DNA of 64,000 nt from Amoebophrya sp. A120 (GCA_905178155.1 CAJINV010000002.1:5932476-5996475), one strand, 5' to 3'. Positions 12,101 to 24,272 are shown, counted from the first letter of the stretch. Numbers and translations are program-made. Notes: generated from the sequence alone by a model not told the origin.

Positions 12101-15100
12101 TGCAGTTCTTGTTCCACCTCCTGTACCGGTCAGTTGCATAATTTCTCCCCGCTCTACCGCACCACTTAGGAGACTTCTGGGACTGGTGGACAGCGCCACA
12201 TTATCAAATGCAAAAATGTCTGGGTGTGGAAGAATGCATGTTTGTCGTGCTTGTCTGGCATGACTCTTAAATCTGTCATGCACGTTACCGAATAGCGCCA
12301 GTTTTCTGTCATGCAGAAACGCAGGCTGTAATGCAGAATAAGCAACACCTAGACGCTCAGAAACTTGTCATGCTGAGCCAGCACTTGTGGCCTCATCATG
12401 AGACGCCACCCAGCATCACAAGTTTCCAGACATCCAGGGATTTTTACTTTTGATACACATGCTCGTCCTGTAAATGCTTCAACTGGTCGTGCATGGACTC
12501 AATGGTTGACTGTAGTTCCATATGGAATGTAAAAATCCCTGGATGTCTGGAAGGGTGCAACTTGTGATGCTGCATTTGGGTGCTAAAAAAACCTGTATTG
12601 CATGAACAGGAAAAGAGGTCCAGTTGTTGCTACGCAAAGAAGGGATTTCTCATGCGGTAGGAGCATCAGAAAGCTCTCGCAGAATCTGTGATGCTAGGCA
12701 TGCATCACAGACATCATGCCTCATGGAAAATATGCATGACAAACCTTGTACTCATCCAGACCCAGACATTTTTGCATTTGATATTCCACCACATCGTCCA
12801 TTTGCTTTTGGTATTTTTGCTCGATCACCAGCCTTTCTCTTTTTTCCCGCTCCATGTCCTCCTGTAGCGTGAAATAATCGTGATCTTTGTCCTTCAGCTA
12901 TCAAATGCAAAAATGTCTGGGTCTTGAAGTGAAGAGTCATGCTGTTTATGCATGACACAGAAGGTCTGGCATGGAAGCTCCAGCATCACAGGCTTCGAGA
13001 AGCTTCCGCAATGCCGAATCCGCATGACAAATCCCCCACTTTGGTGACAGAAAGTGGGCAGCTTTTGCTACCTATGCACGAGAGATTTTTCTGTGTTCTG
13101 AAATGCGCATCACAAGTTTGTATTCTTCCAGACCCACACATATTTGCAATGCATATCAGCTTCTGCTCCAACTGCCGCACCCGGGCCTCCAGCCGCTGCT
13201 TCTGCAGTCGGATGTCCGTCAACTTCGTCATCAAATCGACCTTGTTCTCGGATTTGCTTTCGCTCGCGTACTTGCTCGCGGCGTCCTTTACCTGCTGCAT
13301 CAGGTTGTCGCGCTCTTCCTGTTTTCATTTCTTGAGGTGGACGCGCAGGATGACGACAGTGGCAATCCTGCCGGGTCATGATCGGAAAAAGAAAGAACAA
13401 ATGCATGCAAAAAATTTTTCTTCATCTTCCACGCGAAGTAAAAAATCGATTGCCAATAGTACCTGATGCTGTTTCGTCATTTTGTTGACACTGAGCCGGT
13501 TTTTCTTCCGCTCCTGGAGCAGCAGCTCCCGCTGGCGCTCGATCTCCTCTTCCAGCTGCTTTTTTTCCCTTTCGATGTCCTTGTGATTGTTTTCCACGCT
13601 GATCCTTTTCTGCTCGACGATCTTCAGCTTGTGCATCGTTCGTCGGTGCGACTCCTCGGACTTTTGCACTTTCTCCTTCTCCTCGCTCAACTGCTTCTTC
13701 AGATCCTGGTGCCCTGACTCCAGAGACTGCAGATACTGCTGCAGCACCGGGTTCGAGTGCGGATTGGTCGCTGCAGACGTGGTATTCGTTTTAGTACCAT
13801 GACTGGGTGGCCCTTCAGCTAACTCATAGACCGTGCTGTCGCGATCATGAATGCGGGAACTAGAGCGGCTTCCGGCGGAAAGAGAGTTCGCTGGTGGCGG
13901 CGTTTGATGTAGTCTAGACGCTGCACCATTTGCGTTTTGCGTTGCCCGCTGTCGCTGCGGAGAGACAGACGGCGTTCGAAGCTTGGAGCCGCGGAGCGCG
14001 CCGGGTGTTGTACTACTAGGATTCGTTGCAGATGAAGCAGCTGCCGTTGTACCACCAGCACCTTCAGAAGATGGAAGCTGCCTCGTTTTCCGGCTGTTGT
14101 CTGGTGGGAAGTCAACGTTGTTGTAGACCCTGGGATCGGTAGGCACATGGTAGTTGATCGCTGGGATTTGCTGTAGTTGCCCTGTTCTCTCGTCGATATC
14201 CACCAAATTGATCGACGGATTTGAAGATATCGCAGAAGTCGTCGTCGCTACTGCACCACCAAGGCCGGGTAAAGACACTACGGCTTCTGCTTTGCCTCGG
14301 TCAAGAACTGCATGCTGTTGATGTTCTCCCGACGCGGATAGTGGCGGCGTTTCGTCCTCGGAGCTGCCTTGGCTCCTTCCCGGGGGGAGAACCACTTTTT
14401 TGCTTGAGGAGGGAGAGGACGATAGTTTCGAAGCTGACTGTTGCTTAGCGTCTGTTTTCGTCGTCCTCGCTTCAACAGCTGTAGCTGTTCCCTGTTCAAC
14501 ATCTCGCTGCCGCCGCAACACCTCCGCGTGGTCGTCCGCAGCTGCTTTCGACGTTTCCGCTTCTTCCAGCAGACTATCGATCGCGCCGAACCTCTTCACC
14601 ATTTCCCTGGTCATACTGTGCGCCGACGCGTCGTGGTAGCTCGGAACTTGATGTGAAGAAGCCAATGCTGAAGCTGATGTCGTGTCGACAACTTTATGCA
14701 ACGAAGACGACGACGAGGACGAGCCAGACGGGACAACTTTATTAACACCATTATTGCTATTCGCGTTTTCGTTTCTTCGGTTCGGATCTATTTCATTGTT
14801 CCCGCCCTGGAGTTGTTCTGTCCCCGATTCTGGATCGTGGTAGAACTGGTTCGCCGCCGAAGGGATGCTGTTGATCTTCACCCCTGTCGGTGGCTGCACC
14901 TCCGTCGAGGCCACAGAGCCGTCGTCCACTTGCAGGTCTAGCATCGGTCGTTGCTCGAGGACTTCTACGCCTTCTACAGTAGTAGATACGGGCGGATACG
15001 TGCGCGGCGCTTCCAGTTCGACAGAATTAGAGCTTCGCGAGATCATCACGGCGGAGTTGGAAGTCGCTCCCGCGGCAGCCGTGGTAGTTGATGGGGGGTC

Positions 15101-15901
15101 ATTGCCATTTACAGCTTTATTTTCTTTTCGTCCGGGTCCGAGCGACCCTGCTTGTACTGTCTCGCCAGGTAGCTTTATTAGGTTCTCTGTCGTCTTCCCG
15201 CCAATAGTTGCACCACCACCCTTCTCGGAATGCGAGCTCTCGTCTCCGCCATCCAAGCCGTAGAACATCCCGCGAAACTCCTGCTGAAACTTCGGACTGG
15301 GAACGCTGACCCGATGCGAATTGTTGTTCAGGAAATTGTTACCACTCGCGGAAATAGACGCCGACTGCTCCCGACTGACCGAGGCAGAGACCACCTCCAC
15401 ACTGCGCGAGAGCGAATGGCTTCGCGAGCTGCGGTTACAACTGCCCGGTCGTGCTGCATCATCTTCATCTCCACGATTTATTCGGCTGAAATCCAGGTTC
15501 ACGGAGTTGGAGTTGCTGTGGCAGCGTGAAGAAGTGCTGTTGTTGTATCTTTCGGCGACCAAAGACTCCACCGCGGTGGCGAGCGCGGATTTATTGTGCT
15601 GCTGCACAGTTGTTCCGAGAGCCGCGAAGGAGGACGACGATGAAGACGACGAACCAGAACTTCTCCCGGCCACTCCAGCACCAGGCGCCACTGCCTGCGT
15701 GCCGCCGAAGAGAAGGACATTGTCCGGATTTGTCAATCCAGCTGTCGTCGAGGTGGGGGCGGAAGATTTGTTGATCTTCCCGGGCGTTGTGCTAGTCGAG
15801 GCTGCTGCGCCCTGAAGCAGTCGCTCCGAGATGCGGCGTTGCAGAGAGCGCCGCTTTTCCTCGGAATTCATGGCAGGTGGTTGCTCCTGGTGGTCTTCCA
15901 T
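167..15901 (-). CDS. Giant coiled-coil / low-complexity protein with C-terminal TPR repeats (~3,929 aa, 14 exons)
   Basis: Hand-spliced exons total 11,790 nt, an open frame from ATG 15901 to stop 167. It has four GT-AG introns (4895-5052, 7605-7791, 11481-11666, 13319-13462) and nine introners. The middle is E/K/Q-rich heptads and the C-terminus is TPR-like ([30 protein letters not shown]...[13 protein letters not shown]). Confidence 0.8.
5633..7055. mobile_element. Introner family A carrying a ~1.15-kb nested insertion
   Basis: TIR tatgcattgcaaatatgtctgg / ccagacattatctttgcatttgata, degenerate TSD gctgt/gctcc. Removal gives in-frame NQEQMSAENW. Confidence 0.8.
9562..9756. mobile_element. 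Introner family B (degenerate)
   Basis: tatcgacagtgcaaaagtatc...gatgcttttgcggtgcata, TSD tcgct/tcttt. Removal gives KEKERIHKSIG. Confidence 0.75.
9943..10094. mobile_element. Introner family B
   Basis: tatgcagtgcaaaagtatcgta...tacgatgcttttgcaatgcata, TSD tggtc/tgggc. Removal gives ELAQLKKQL. Confidence 0.9.
10509..10770. mobile_element. Introner family A
   Basis: tatcaaatgcaaaaatgtctgggtctggaag...cttccagacccagacatttttacaattgata, perfect TSD gcatt. Removal gives KMLTNYE. Confidence 0.92.
10825..11093. mobile_element. Introner family A containing telomere-type repeats
   Basis: Family A TIRs, TSD gagag/gagaa. Removal gives EYFLLLLRVH. Confidence 0.9.
11142..11291. mobile_element. Introner family B
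   Basis: tatcctgtgcaaaagtatcgtact...agtacgatgcttttgcatttcata, perfect TSD ttctc. Removal gives EEKEKQTEQL. Confidence 0.92.
12202..12455. mobile_element. Introner family A (variant right TIR)
   Basis: Perfect TSD cacat. Removal gives QDEHVALSTS. Confidence 0.9.
12521..12783. mobile_element. Introner family A (variant left TIR)
   Basis: Perfect TSD ttcca. Removal gives DDVVELQSTI. Confidence 0.9.
12899..13155. mobile_element. Introner family A
   Basis: Family A TIRs, perfect TSD tcagc. Removal gives EQKLKDKDH. Confidence 0.92.
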
Positions 15902-16888
15902 GTTCACTGCTGCTCAAGCGCTCTGGTGATGTTGTGCAGCACTCCGCATCTACAACTTCCGGAAGTAAGCGCTCCTACGGAAAGTCGTGCCGACGAAAGC
16001 GATACTTCAACACAACTTTTTTCAGAAGAGCATTCTCATCTTCTGTGGCCGGTACGTCCTCAGGAACCATAATTTCTCGCCATCTTAACCGCCACCATTG
16101 CCACCTCGGCCAGGAAGACAAGCGGGGCCCTTGAAGAACCTGCACGAGCTACTTGTGCAGCTGCTTGTGCAGCTAGTACGTGACAACAAGATCGATCGCT
16201 TGTCGGGTCTCAATTTGATCAGATACAGATAGACGAGCCAGAAAAAAAGAAAACACTTGCAAAAAGTGCTTCTTTACACGACGTTACGAAAGTGTCTTCG
16301 CTCCGCATCTCGAACTGAGTCACTCACGGATTTGCTGCGATTTCAGACGACTCATGACCCTCATCACGAGATAGGGCCCCTCAGAGAAAAACGATGCTCC
16401 TCGTCGTAGTTCCCGCTGAGCCGATTGATGTAGACTAGAGGACGACGCTGGCAAAAATCAAAAAATCACAGCACACTCTTGTGTCACAGATCCAGCTGCA
16501 CTTCTGAAGAAAAAGATTTTGCAGACGCGACACTATGGCGGAACATTAACATACTCACCTTACTAACGATGGCTGTTGGACGGGAGGGTACTATTTCCCG
16601 TCGTGTCGAAAAACTCCGGAAGTAGTCTTGCTGATCGAAAAAAAAGTTCGCGAAACAGATGACAACGACGACGACGAGTGTCATGATTCCCGACGTCGCA
16701 TTGAATCCAAATATGACGACGACGTGGAATACACGCGCACGCTCTAATTTCAATTTGGATTCTTGGCCAATATTTCGATTACTGAAAGATCACAATGATC
16801 CGTAGTGTAAGTAATCCTCCTCAACAACATCTAGAAACATTTTACATCAGCTCTGCACAGATGAATTGTACTAATAGCCATTAGGTTT

Positions 16889-19800
16889 TCAGATTGAGCC
16901 GGCAAACGCAGCCATATTCTGGAACCGCAACACTGCAGCATCGAACGCTCGGACGTCTTGCCTCCCTACAGTTCCTCCACCTGGACCTGCAGAGGAGGCT
17001 GCGCCTGCACCGCCTGTGGACAATACTGTTCCGTTGAAGAAGCCACTCACGGCCGCACTTGATCTTTCCTCGTGCATCAGTTCCTCCCCGAGTGGGTCGG
17101 TGTTTGCTGGCAAAACGCCGTGCAGAACCTCTACGGCTTCGCGAATGCTCTGGTGCTCGGTTTGTGGCGGTTTTATTACAGGCGACGGCTTTATTTGCAC
17201 TGGCTTGGCGAAAAACGAATCCGGATTTCGGTTCGAAGGCAACATGTCTTGGAGCTTGTGGGAAGAAGAGGCAAACGAGTTCTTGTTTCGGTTCACTTTT
17301 CCCGTGTTGCGGTCCGTGGGCGGACACCACTCTTCCAGGTGCAGAAACCGGCTCAGGCTGGAGGTAGTGGGAGTAGTTTTTGATCAGACTTATTTCATCT
17401 TTTATTTTCACACAACACAAATTCCAGTGTGCACCTCAAACTTTTGACCGATGCTACGAAAACGCAATACAGTTACGGAAAAATCCATCTATCATAAGTA
17501 CCCAAAATCCGCCTCGTCCCCGTCCGGGTCCACAGTCATGTGCGAAATAATTTTCCCCTTCTGCAATTTCGTCAGAAACGGAGACTTCCGGAAGTCGACC
17601 AGCTGTTTGTTGCTGGCGCAGTACCAGACGCCCACGTCTTTGCTGCACTCGATAAAGCAGTTCACGATGAGATTCACCAGTTCCTGATGGGTTTCCATCG
17701 TCGTCATCACCGACATTTTGGTGATCTGAATCGGCTGGATCCCGAGGAAATCCGTTTCAAAGGTCGGCTCCGGCGTTTCAAAGGCGTTCCTTCTCATCTT
17801 GTACTTCGGATCTGTGGTGTATCCAGACGGAGAAATCACTACCGCAGTACACACCCGTTTTCAGTTGCAACGTGAGCATGGTCGTGACGTTGATTCTTCT
17901 ACTTGCATCAACGAAGGAGCTGCAAGATTTTTCAGATCTGTGTTTCACAAGTAATTTAAGTACATACAAGTGTGATGAAATAGAGACTACATCGATGAAA
18001 CTTGTGATGCATTGATTTCGAGCGTGTGCTGTGATAGATTTGCGTTGAATATGTTGTCCAGCGTTTTCCCCCTCCGTCGTGCGTGGTCACCTGGCGGGAA
18101 AAGGAAATCATCAGGCCGCCCGCTCGACGTCGTAGTCTTGCTCTGTCGTATATCCACTGCAAGAGTATCGCGCTCGTAGTCATTGCAGTTGTGCATGACA
18201 AGTCTCACGGCACTGATCTGGTACCTGATACCGCATGACAAACTGCGTTTTCCAGATTAGTAAAAGTTCTGCTGGTGCACTTTGAACTACAGCCAGTAAG
18301 TACGCATACCAATAATAGCCGCGTCCGCGGAGGTAGTGAGGTCATGGCGGTCTTTTTGTCTTCACGCCAAAAAAGGACGCAACTTCTCTGCCCACCATGC
18401 CATCGTGGGTAATGTTATGCACGACGGCACGGCGGTCGCTAAAAATCTCAATCCAGAGGCGGCCTCCTTTTGGTTTCGAATCGAAAAGCCTTCCCCGCAT
18501 GCTATGGCCCCGCCAGGGCCCGCGCCAGGGTCGGCCTCCTGGGAGCCCCAAATCGGGCCCATAGCATGCGGATTGGCTTTTTGCTTTTGGCGGACTTTGT
18601 TTTTTTTGTTTTTTTTTGTCAAAATGCCGCATCTTCTGGCCTTCAGTCCGCCTCTGAAATGGCGGATCTTGAAGGCGTCTTGTGCGGGGCCCGGATGTGG
18701 GGCAAAATCAGGCCCATACCATGCGGATTCGCTGTTTTTTTCGGAGCGCTGCTTTTTGGGCGCCCATTTTTGGGCGCCCCAAATCGCCAGAAACTAAGGC
18801 GGTGGGCGCCTCAGAAGGGCGCCCCTTTTGCCGGCTCCCCTGCGTCGTTTTATCCAGTGCGAATCGATAGTTTTCGACCGGGCTTGTTTGCTATCAAAGC
18901 CCCGGGCGCTTGATAAATGGAAATTTTTTATGCCCAAAAACACTTCCGGCCGCTTGGAAACTGCCGGTCGTTTTGGATAAGACATGTCAAAAAGATCGCT
19001 AGGTTAGAACGTTCGTGACCTCACTACATACGATAACGATACTTGTACTTTTGCAATGCATAATGCGCTCCGCCCTCTTCTTCTTGAAACACTAAATCCT
19101 GCTGCTTTTTTTCCGCCAACGCGTTCTGGTACAATGCGTTCTTCGCCGGATCCGCCACGTTCGCGGGATCCAAGGTCGGTTTCGGCCGCGCCTTGGCCTC
19201 GGCGCTCACTTTCGCGACCTCCTCGCGGTAGTTCTGCAGGGCCACCGAGTCGCACAGTGCGTGGAGCAGGCAGCTGAAGGCGATTTGGCGAATTTTGCTG
19301 AACCGGGGCAGGGCTCGCTGCAGCGTGGAATGGATTTCCGGGAGCCGGAGCAAGTGGATCCGCCGGAAACACTCCCACACCGACCCCTTCATCAAACACT
19401 CGTAGAGTTCCAGGTCGATGCGCTTCCTTGCGGTTATTGTTTGGCTGTCCACAGCGGCGCGACCAGTTGACATTCTGGGCGGCCTGCTGGACGAGGAGGA
19501 GGGTCTAATATTATTGTTGGCGAACGCTGAAGACGAGGTCTTTATCGTCGTGAACAAATTTTTTGTGTTGTTCCCCGTCCTGGCCAGCGCACTCCCAGGC
19601 CGCTGATGGGAGATCGGGAGATAGTATGACCCGCTCAAACGTCACAATCTCAAACGTTGCAATAGAATATGGAAATCTGTGATGCAAGAGTGCATGATCT
19701 ATGCAATTCTCATAGGATTGCGCATGACAAGTGCCGGAGCCTCAAACCCCACTACAATCATCTGGCAAAATTTGTATTGCAAAAGGCGAAACGCTGCGCG

Positions 19801-22800
19801 AGTCTGTCATGCTCATCATGCAACACAAATTCCAGACTCTATTGCAACGTTTCAGATTGTAACGTTTGAGCAAGTTATAGATAGCCGGACAGGTTTTTAT
19901 CCGCGTTCGTCAAATACCCGGCGGGAAGCGTCTTGTTCGAATGCTGTATCTTTTATGCCACAGAAAAAAGCTGGCAGGTCACATTTGTAATGCAAAAATA
20001 AATACACAAGAAAATCTGTATTGCGTATCCTAAACGGCATGCTATGAGGCCGCCCATGACAGATTTTTCTGTGTATTTATTTTTGCATTACAAATATGCC
20101 CTGCCAGTTTTTTTCTGTGGGATATCTTTCGCACCAGCGCGGCGCCAGCGGAACTTGTTGCCATGTTTATTTTAGTACCAGGTTGATCATGCTGTGTAAG
20201 AACGGAGGAAGTCGAGGACGCGTTTTTCGCACTGGATATCCTGTGCAAAAGTATCGCACTCGTATTGCATTCATGCATTACAAATCTCTATCTTGAGGTA
20301 AATCCGCATTACAAATTTTATCTCTCATTCTGAGGAAATTTGTAATGCATTTATACGAGTACGATACTTTTGCAGTTCATATTAGAAATTCGGTAGCCAA
20401 CTTCCAGCCGCAGCACGGTTTTGACCAGCTCGCTCAGCTATCCTGAGTAAAAACGTCCCCACACCAGAGGCAAGATGGGGAATCTGCTAGACAAATCAAC
20501 GAGCTTTGCTTGTTTCGCATGACAAGTCTGGCCCCGTAGTGTAATCCTGTGCAGGTAGTTCACCAGCATCACAGATCTAGCACATCGTGCTGATTATAGC
20601 ATCACAAGTTACAAAACACGACTAGAAAACGCTTCGCATGGGGCTCCGCATGACAAACTTTTTATTTTTGGCATGCAGATTTGCATGACAAGAACTCTGG
20701 GGTGGGGATGTTTTTACATATGATATCAGCAAGTAGTGCATCAGCCGCTCGTCAGAGTACGGAAGATATCAAATGCAAAAATGTCTGGGTCTGGAAGGTT
20801 GGAACTTGTGATGCTAACTTTGGACTCTAAAAAAATCTGTATTGCGTGACCAGCAATAGGAGCCCAGTTTGTGCTACGCGGGGAGGGCGTTTGTCATGCG
20901 GGATAGGCATCAGGAAGGCCTCTAAAATTATGTGATGCCAGATCATGCATTACAGACATCCTGAGTCATGTAAAATATGCATGACAAACCTGGCAATCTT
21001 CCAGACCCAGACATTTTTGCATTTGATAGAAGACCACCCGTTGTTGAGCTGCTTGATGGGTCGGTTGAAGGGATGAACTGAAAACCGCTGTTCAGCAGGT
21101 TCAGGGGCGTGATAATGTCGGATGAGGAAAGAAGCACTGTGTTTGTTTTTTGGCATGATGCGATAGCGATTATACGGAAACAGATACTGGTCGTCAGCAA
21201 AGTTTGCGTGATGAATTAACACCCACTGAACAATTTTAGAATCTTCATCTTCGCTAGAAGAGAGCTGTTGCGGTGCCACGTCGAACTGCATTCGAATTCA
21301 AATTTATCAACAGGAACAATAGAAGACGCTTACCTCCATTCCCGGTGCCCATCTTTTCGCCACCCAGTTTAGAGTACACACGCTGCCTTCTCACATCTTC
21401 TGCGCGTATCCGAGGGGAACAAATTTAAGGTTTGTTTTCATAGAGATCGCAGGATCAAAGCTTTAGAAATTTTCACCCCTGCTGCCTTGACCTTCTATTT
21501 TGGCCCGAAGATGAGCTGCACGAAGATGCTGGTACAACATGTCATGCAAATGCGGACTTACAGTTACAACTAAACGACTGGTACAGTTACGGCAACATGC
21601 TGCTTTTCGGCGCAGGGGGCTGACCCTGAGAAACTTTTACCTGAGCGTTTTATACAGACAAGAAAACAAACTTTTAGATGTCATCAGCATAAGAGATCGA
21701 AGAATGTGGTCGAGTTCACCGACGATGGCCTCGACGACGCGCGCTTTGTTATGCATTCTTGCAAATATGTCTGGCTCTGGGTGTGGAGAGGTGCAAACCA
21801 TTCTATGGATGACAGCTAGCACTACCACACAAAACCAAATGTCGACTGCATTGCATGAGAAGCAACCGCCACCAGTCACTTTTTGCTACACGGAGAGGGT
21901 TTAATATCATGCAGGCGCGGGAGCAAGAATAAGCGCACGCGAGACCGGTGATGACATGCATCCTAGTCATTGCAGGCACTGGTACAAATCTGCAAGGCAA
22001 AAATCTGCATTCACTGTTCATCACACGAGCCAGACCAAATATGTATGCGCGGTTGATAATTGTGCAACTTGGGCAAGAACTCGGAGTGATTGTCCAGCAA
22101 GCCGTCGACGCTTGTCTCGGTGTACAGTTGCGCCAGGATAGTTTCGTTTACGATATCTAGCTCTTCTTCCACCGAGGCGGCACCGACGTCGCCGAGAATC
22201 AAATCCACGTCTTATCATTTGTAAAAACGTCCCCACCCCAGAGTTGTCATGCTAAACCAAATGCGACACACTTTGCCCCCCCATTGTACCATGGCCGTGT
22301 CATGTTGGGAAGCTAAGGGCTGGGCGTCCCTGTCGTTCTCTAAACCTTAAAACGGTAGCCACTTACTCGACAAACTCTAGGTAGAATAAGTTTGGACAAA
22401 GTGATCACTACCGAGAGACAACAACAAAATAAAAGCTCCTGGGACGGCTGCGGCGTGAGCATTTGTTGCTATCTGGGTAGGGATAACGTTGTGTGCAAAC
22501 CTAAACACTAGCGTCAAGGCCCTAAACACACCATGGCCGTGTCATGCAGATTTGCAATGACAGAAACATTTGTAATGCGCATCTTCATGAGAGGTATTTC
22601 TAGTGGTGTTTTGGCATTTGTAATGCTGTAACCAGGATGAGCAGATGGATTTGTGATGCGTTTTTCCCTGCTAACCTGCACTACACTGCGTACCGCAACT
22701 TGTAATGCGTGACCTCCAAAAGTTCTAGGTTTGTGTTGCAAAATCCCCATGTTGACTCTGGGGTGGGGATGTTTTTACTCAGGATACGTCCCCGTTGGAT

Positions 22801-23054
22801 TCGAAGTACAGCCGTCTTTTCCCTTCGATCAACTCCACGCCCCGCTGGCGCAAATTTTGGAAAATGCTGTAGGGGTCTCGGAGAAGCGCGGCATTCAGCG
22901 AGTAGAGCAGATACCCCCGGGCTTTCGCCAAGGCCAGCGTGTCCCGCAAACCAACAATGGTTCGCGGCTGTCGAAGGGTGTTCGTTCTTGCGCTGGCGGT
23001 TAGTGGTTTCACCGCGCCGGTCGGTGACTTAGGAGTAGTTGCGCGCGGCATCAT
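16889..23054 (-). CDS. Hypothetical multi-exon protein interrupted by 8 introners and about 5 GT-AG introns
   Basis: Exons join in frame after removing each element plus one TSD (e.g. SNGDVDLILG, GGLPYSDERLMHYLLSELVKTVLRLE, VRKIQHSNK, SGYLPISHQ) and GT-AG introns (e.g. 21088-21175, 17839-18090, 17358-17501). The join across 18151-19062 is less certain, so the 3' part could be a separate gene. No domain recognised. Confidence 0.55.
18151..19062. mobile_element. Degenerate introner family B with a nested ~730-bp GC-rich insertion
   Basis: tatccactgcaagagtatcgc...tacttttgcaatgcata. The TSD is no longer recognisable. Confidence 0.65.
19625..19879. mobile_element. Introner family D
   Basis: ~45-bp TIR tatgacccgctcaaacgtcacaatctcaaacgttgcaataga / tctattgcaacgtttcagattgtaacgtttgagcaagttata, perfect TSD gatag. 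Confidence 0.9.
19954..20124. mobile_element. Introner family E (fold-back type)
   Basis: ~65-bp TIR arms (tatgccacagaaaaaagctggcagg...tttttttctgtgggata) around a short loop, perfect TSD tcttt. Confidence 0.9.
20237..20381. mobile_element. Introner family B
   Basis: tatcctgtgcaaaagtatcg...cgatacttttgcagttcata, TSD ctgga/ttaga. Frame restored (YRISNAKN). Confidence 0.88.
20439..20725. mobile_element. Introner family C
   Basis: tatcctgagtaaaaacgtccccacaccagag...ctctggggtggggatgtttttacatatgata, perfect TSD tcagc. Confidence 0.9.
20767..21028. mobile_element. Introner family A
   Basis: Family A TIRs, perfect TSD gaaga. Internally very similar to 10509-10770. Confidence 0.92.
21750..22058. mobile_element. 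Introner family A (degenerate)
   Basis: tatgcattcttgcaaatatgtctgg...ccagaccaaatatgtatgcgcggttgata, TSD tttgt/attgt. Frame restored (PKLH-N/K-ARVVE). Confidence 0.75.
22213..22786. mobile_element. Introner family C with a ~290-bp internal insertion
   Basis: tatcatttgtaaaaacgtccccacccc...ggggtggggatgtttttactcaggata, TSD cgtct/cgtcc. Confidence 0.88.
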
Positions 23055-24272
23055 GGTATCGCAACACTTCTGTGACACAAAAAATTAGGGATGCACAAAA
23101 CAACACGACCTCCTTGTTGATATCATTTGATGCTAACAACGGACAAAAATTGGCGAATGCAGATCTAAGTCCAGGTCATGTCAATACATAGTTGTCTCAG
23201 CTGAAGATAGAAGCGACCGCGTCCCTAGGCGTGCGTCAAGACACCAATAACTTCAATTGAATTCATACCGTTCTACATTTTCATCTTTGCTCGGACCGCA
23301 AAATAGAATTCGAGCGCGTCCTCCATGGAGAAAGTAAAAAACGAAAAACCAGCACGATCACGAGAAAGCCGAAAACCACGCGACGGATGAAAGCAACGAT
23401 ACCAGCCTCCTTTTACTTTTTGCGATGTTTGTCTACTTTCGCCTCGCCATACAACAAGAGACGAAAGTCCTCTTCTCACGATGAAGCAAGTGCTCTCACA
23501 ACTTCTTTTTTCGCTCGAAATCTTCTCCCCATTCGTATCTTGCTGGAGACATCCACCTCAGACACGTTTGATATCAACATTCGCTCACAGTCCCTCTTTT
23601 TTTTTGTGTGAGCAGCAGCCGAACCCGAACATCTTCGAAGTGGCCCACAACATAAACAGGCAAGCCCAGGTCTATGTTGTTGCAATCGCTGATCTGCAGT
23701 CGTGTTGAAATTTCTGCACCAGAAACAAACCGAAAAATCAAACATACGTCCTCCTCAGCAAAAAATTCTCCATGCCAACAAATTTGATGTATAATTTACA
23801 CACAATTATAACTACGAAGTGAAAGTCGTTCGTTGATTTTTTCCAAAGGTACGTTGTAAAGTTGTTCTGTCCCGGTACTAGCGGTAAAGGTCAGGATTTC
23901 TTCAATCATTCCTTCGCAGTCAGAAGGTGAAGGGGTGCCAAAAATATGTTTTAATTTCTCCAACAGATAAACAAAAACATGAAATTCATTGCTACGCATC
24001 TCAATCAGGACGTAATAGTAATTCTATCTTGGTCGCGCTTCCTTAAATTTGTTCACTCTCTGCTCTCTGTCCACGTTCACGTCGTGCATGAGCTTGCAGA
24101 TGAGCGCTTCATGTGGTAGGTGTTCTACGTCGAAGTGGTTATAATGTTTAATTTCATGTAACTTTACCTTTCTTTTAAGTTTCTTTTTCGTCCTACTTGT
24201 ATTTCATTTTGAAATCAAAATGAAGCTACGTAGCTTCATTTCGATTTTTCTTACAAGTCCAGTATACGCCAG

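Noticed and set aside
13319-13370. In-frame TGA (KK*KQ) suggesting TGA=Trp recoding
   Set aside because: A GT-AG intron 13319-13462 removes it and keeps the frame (KQHQ|EERDNL).
16316-16323. TGAGTCAC motif upstream of several genes (also 32423, ~51693)
   Set aside because: Too short and too few instances to separate from chance without enrichment statistics.
17340-17520. DFG motif (EADFGLSRF) suggesting a kinase
   Set aside because: No glycine loop, VAIK, HRD or APE context was found.
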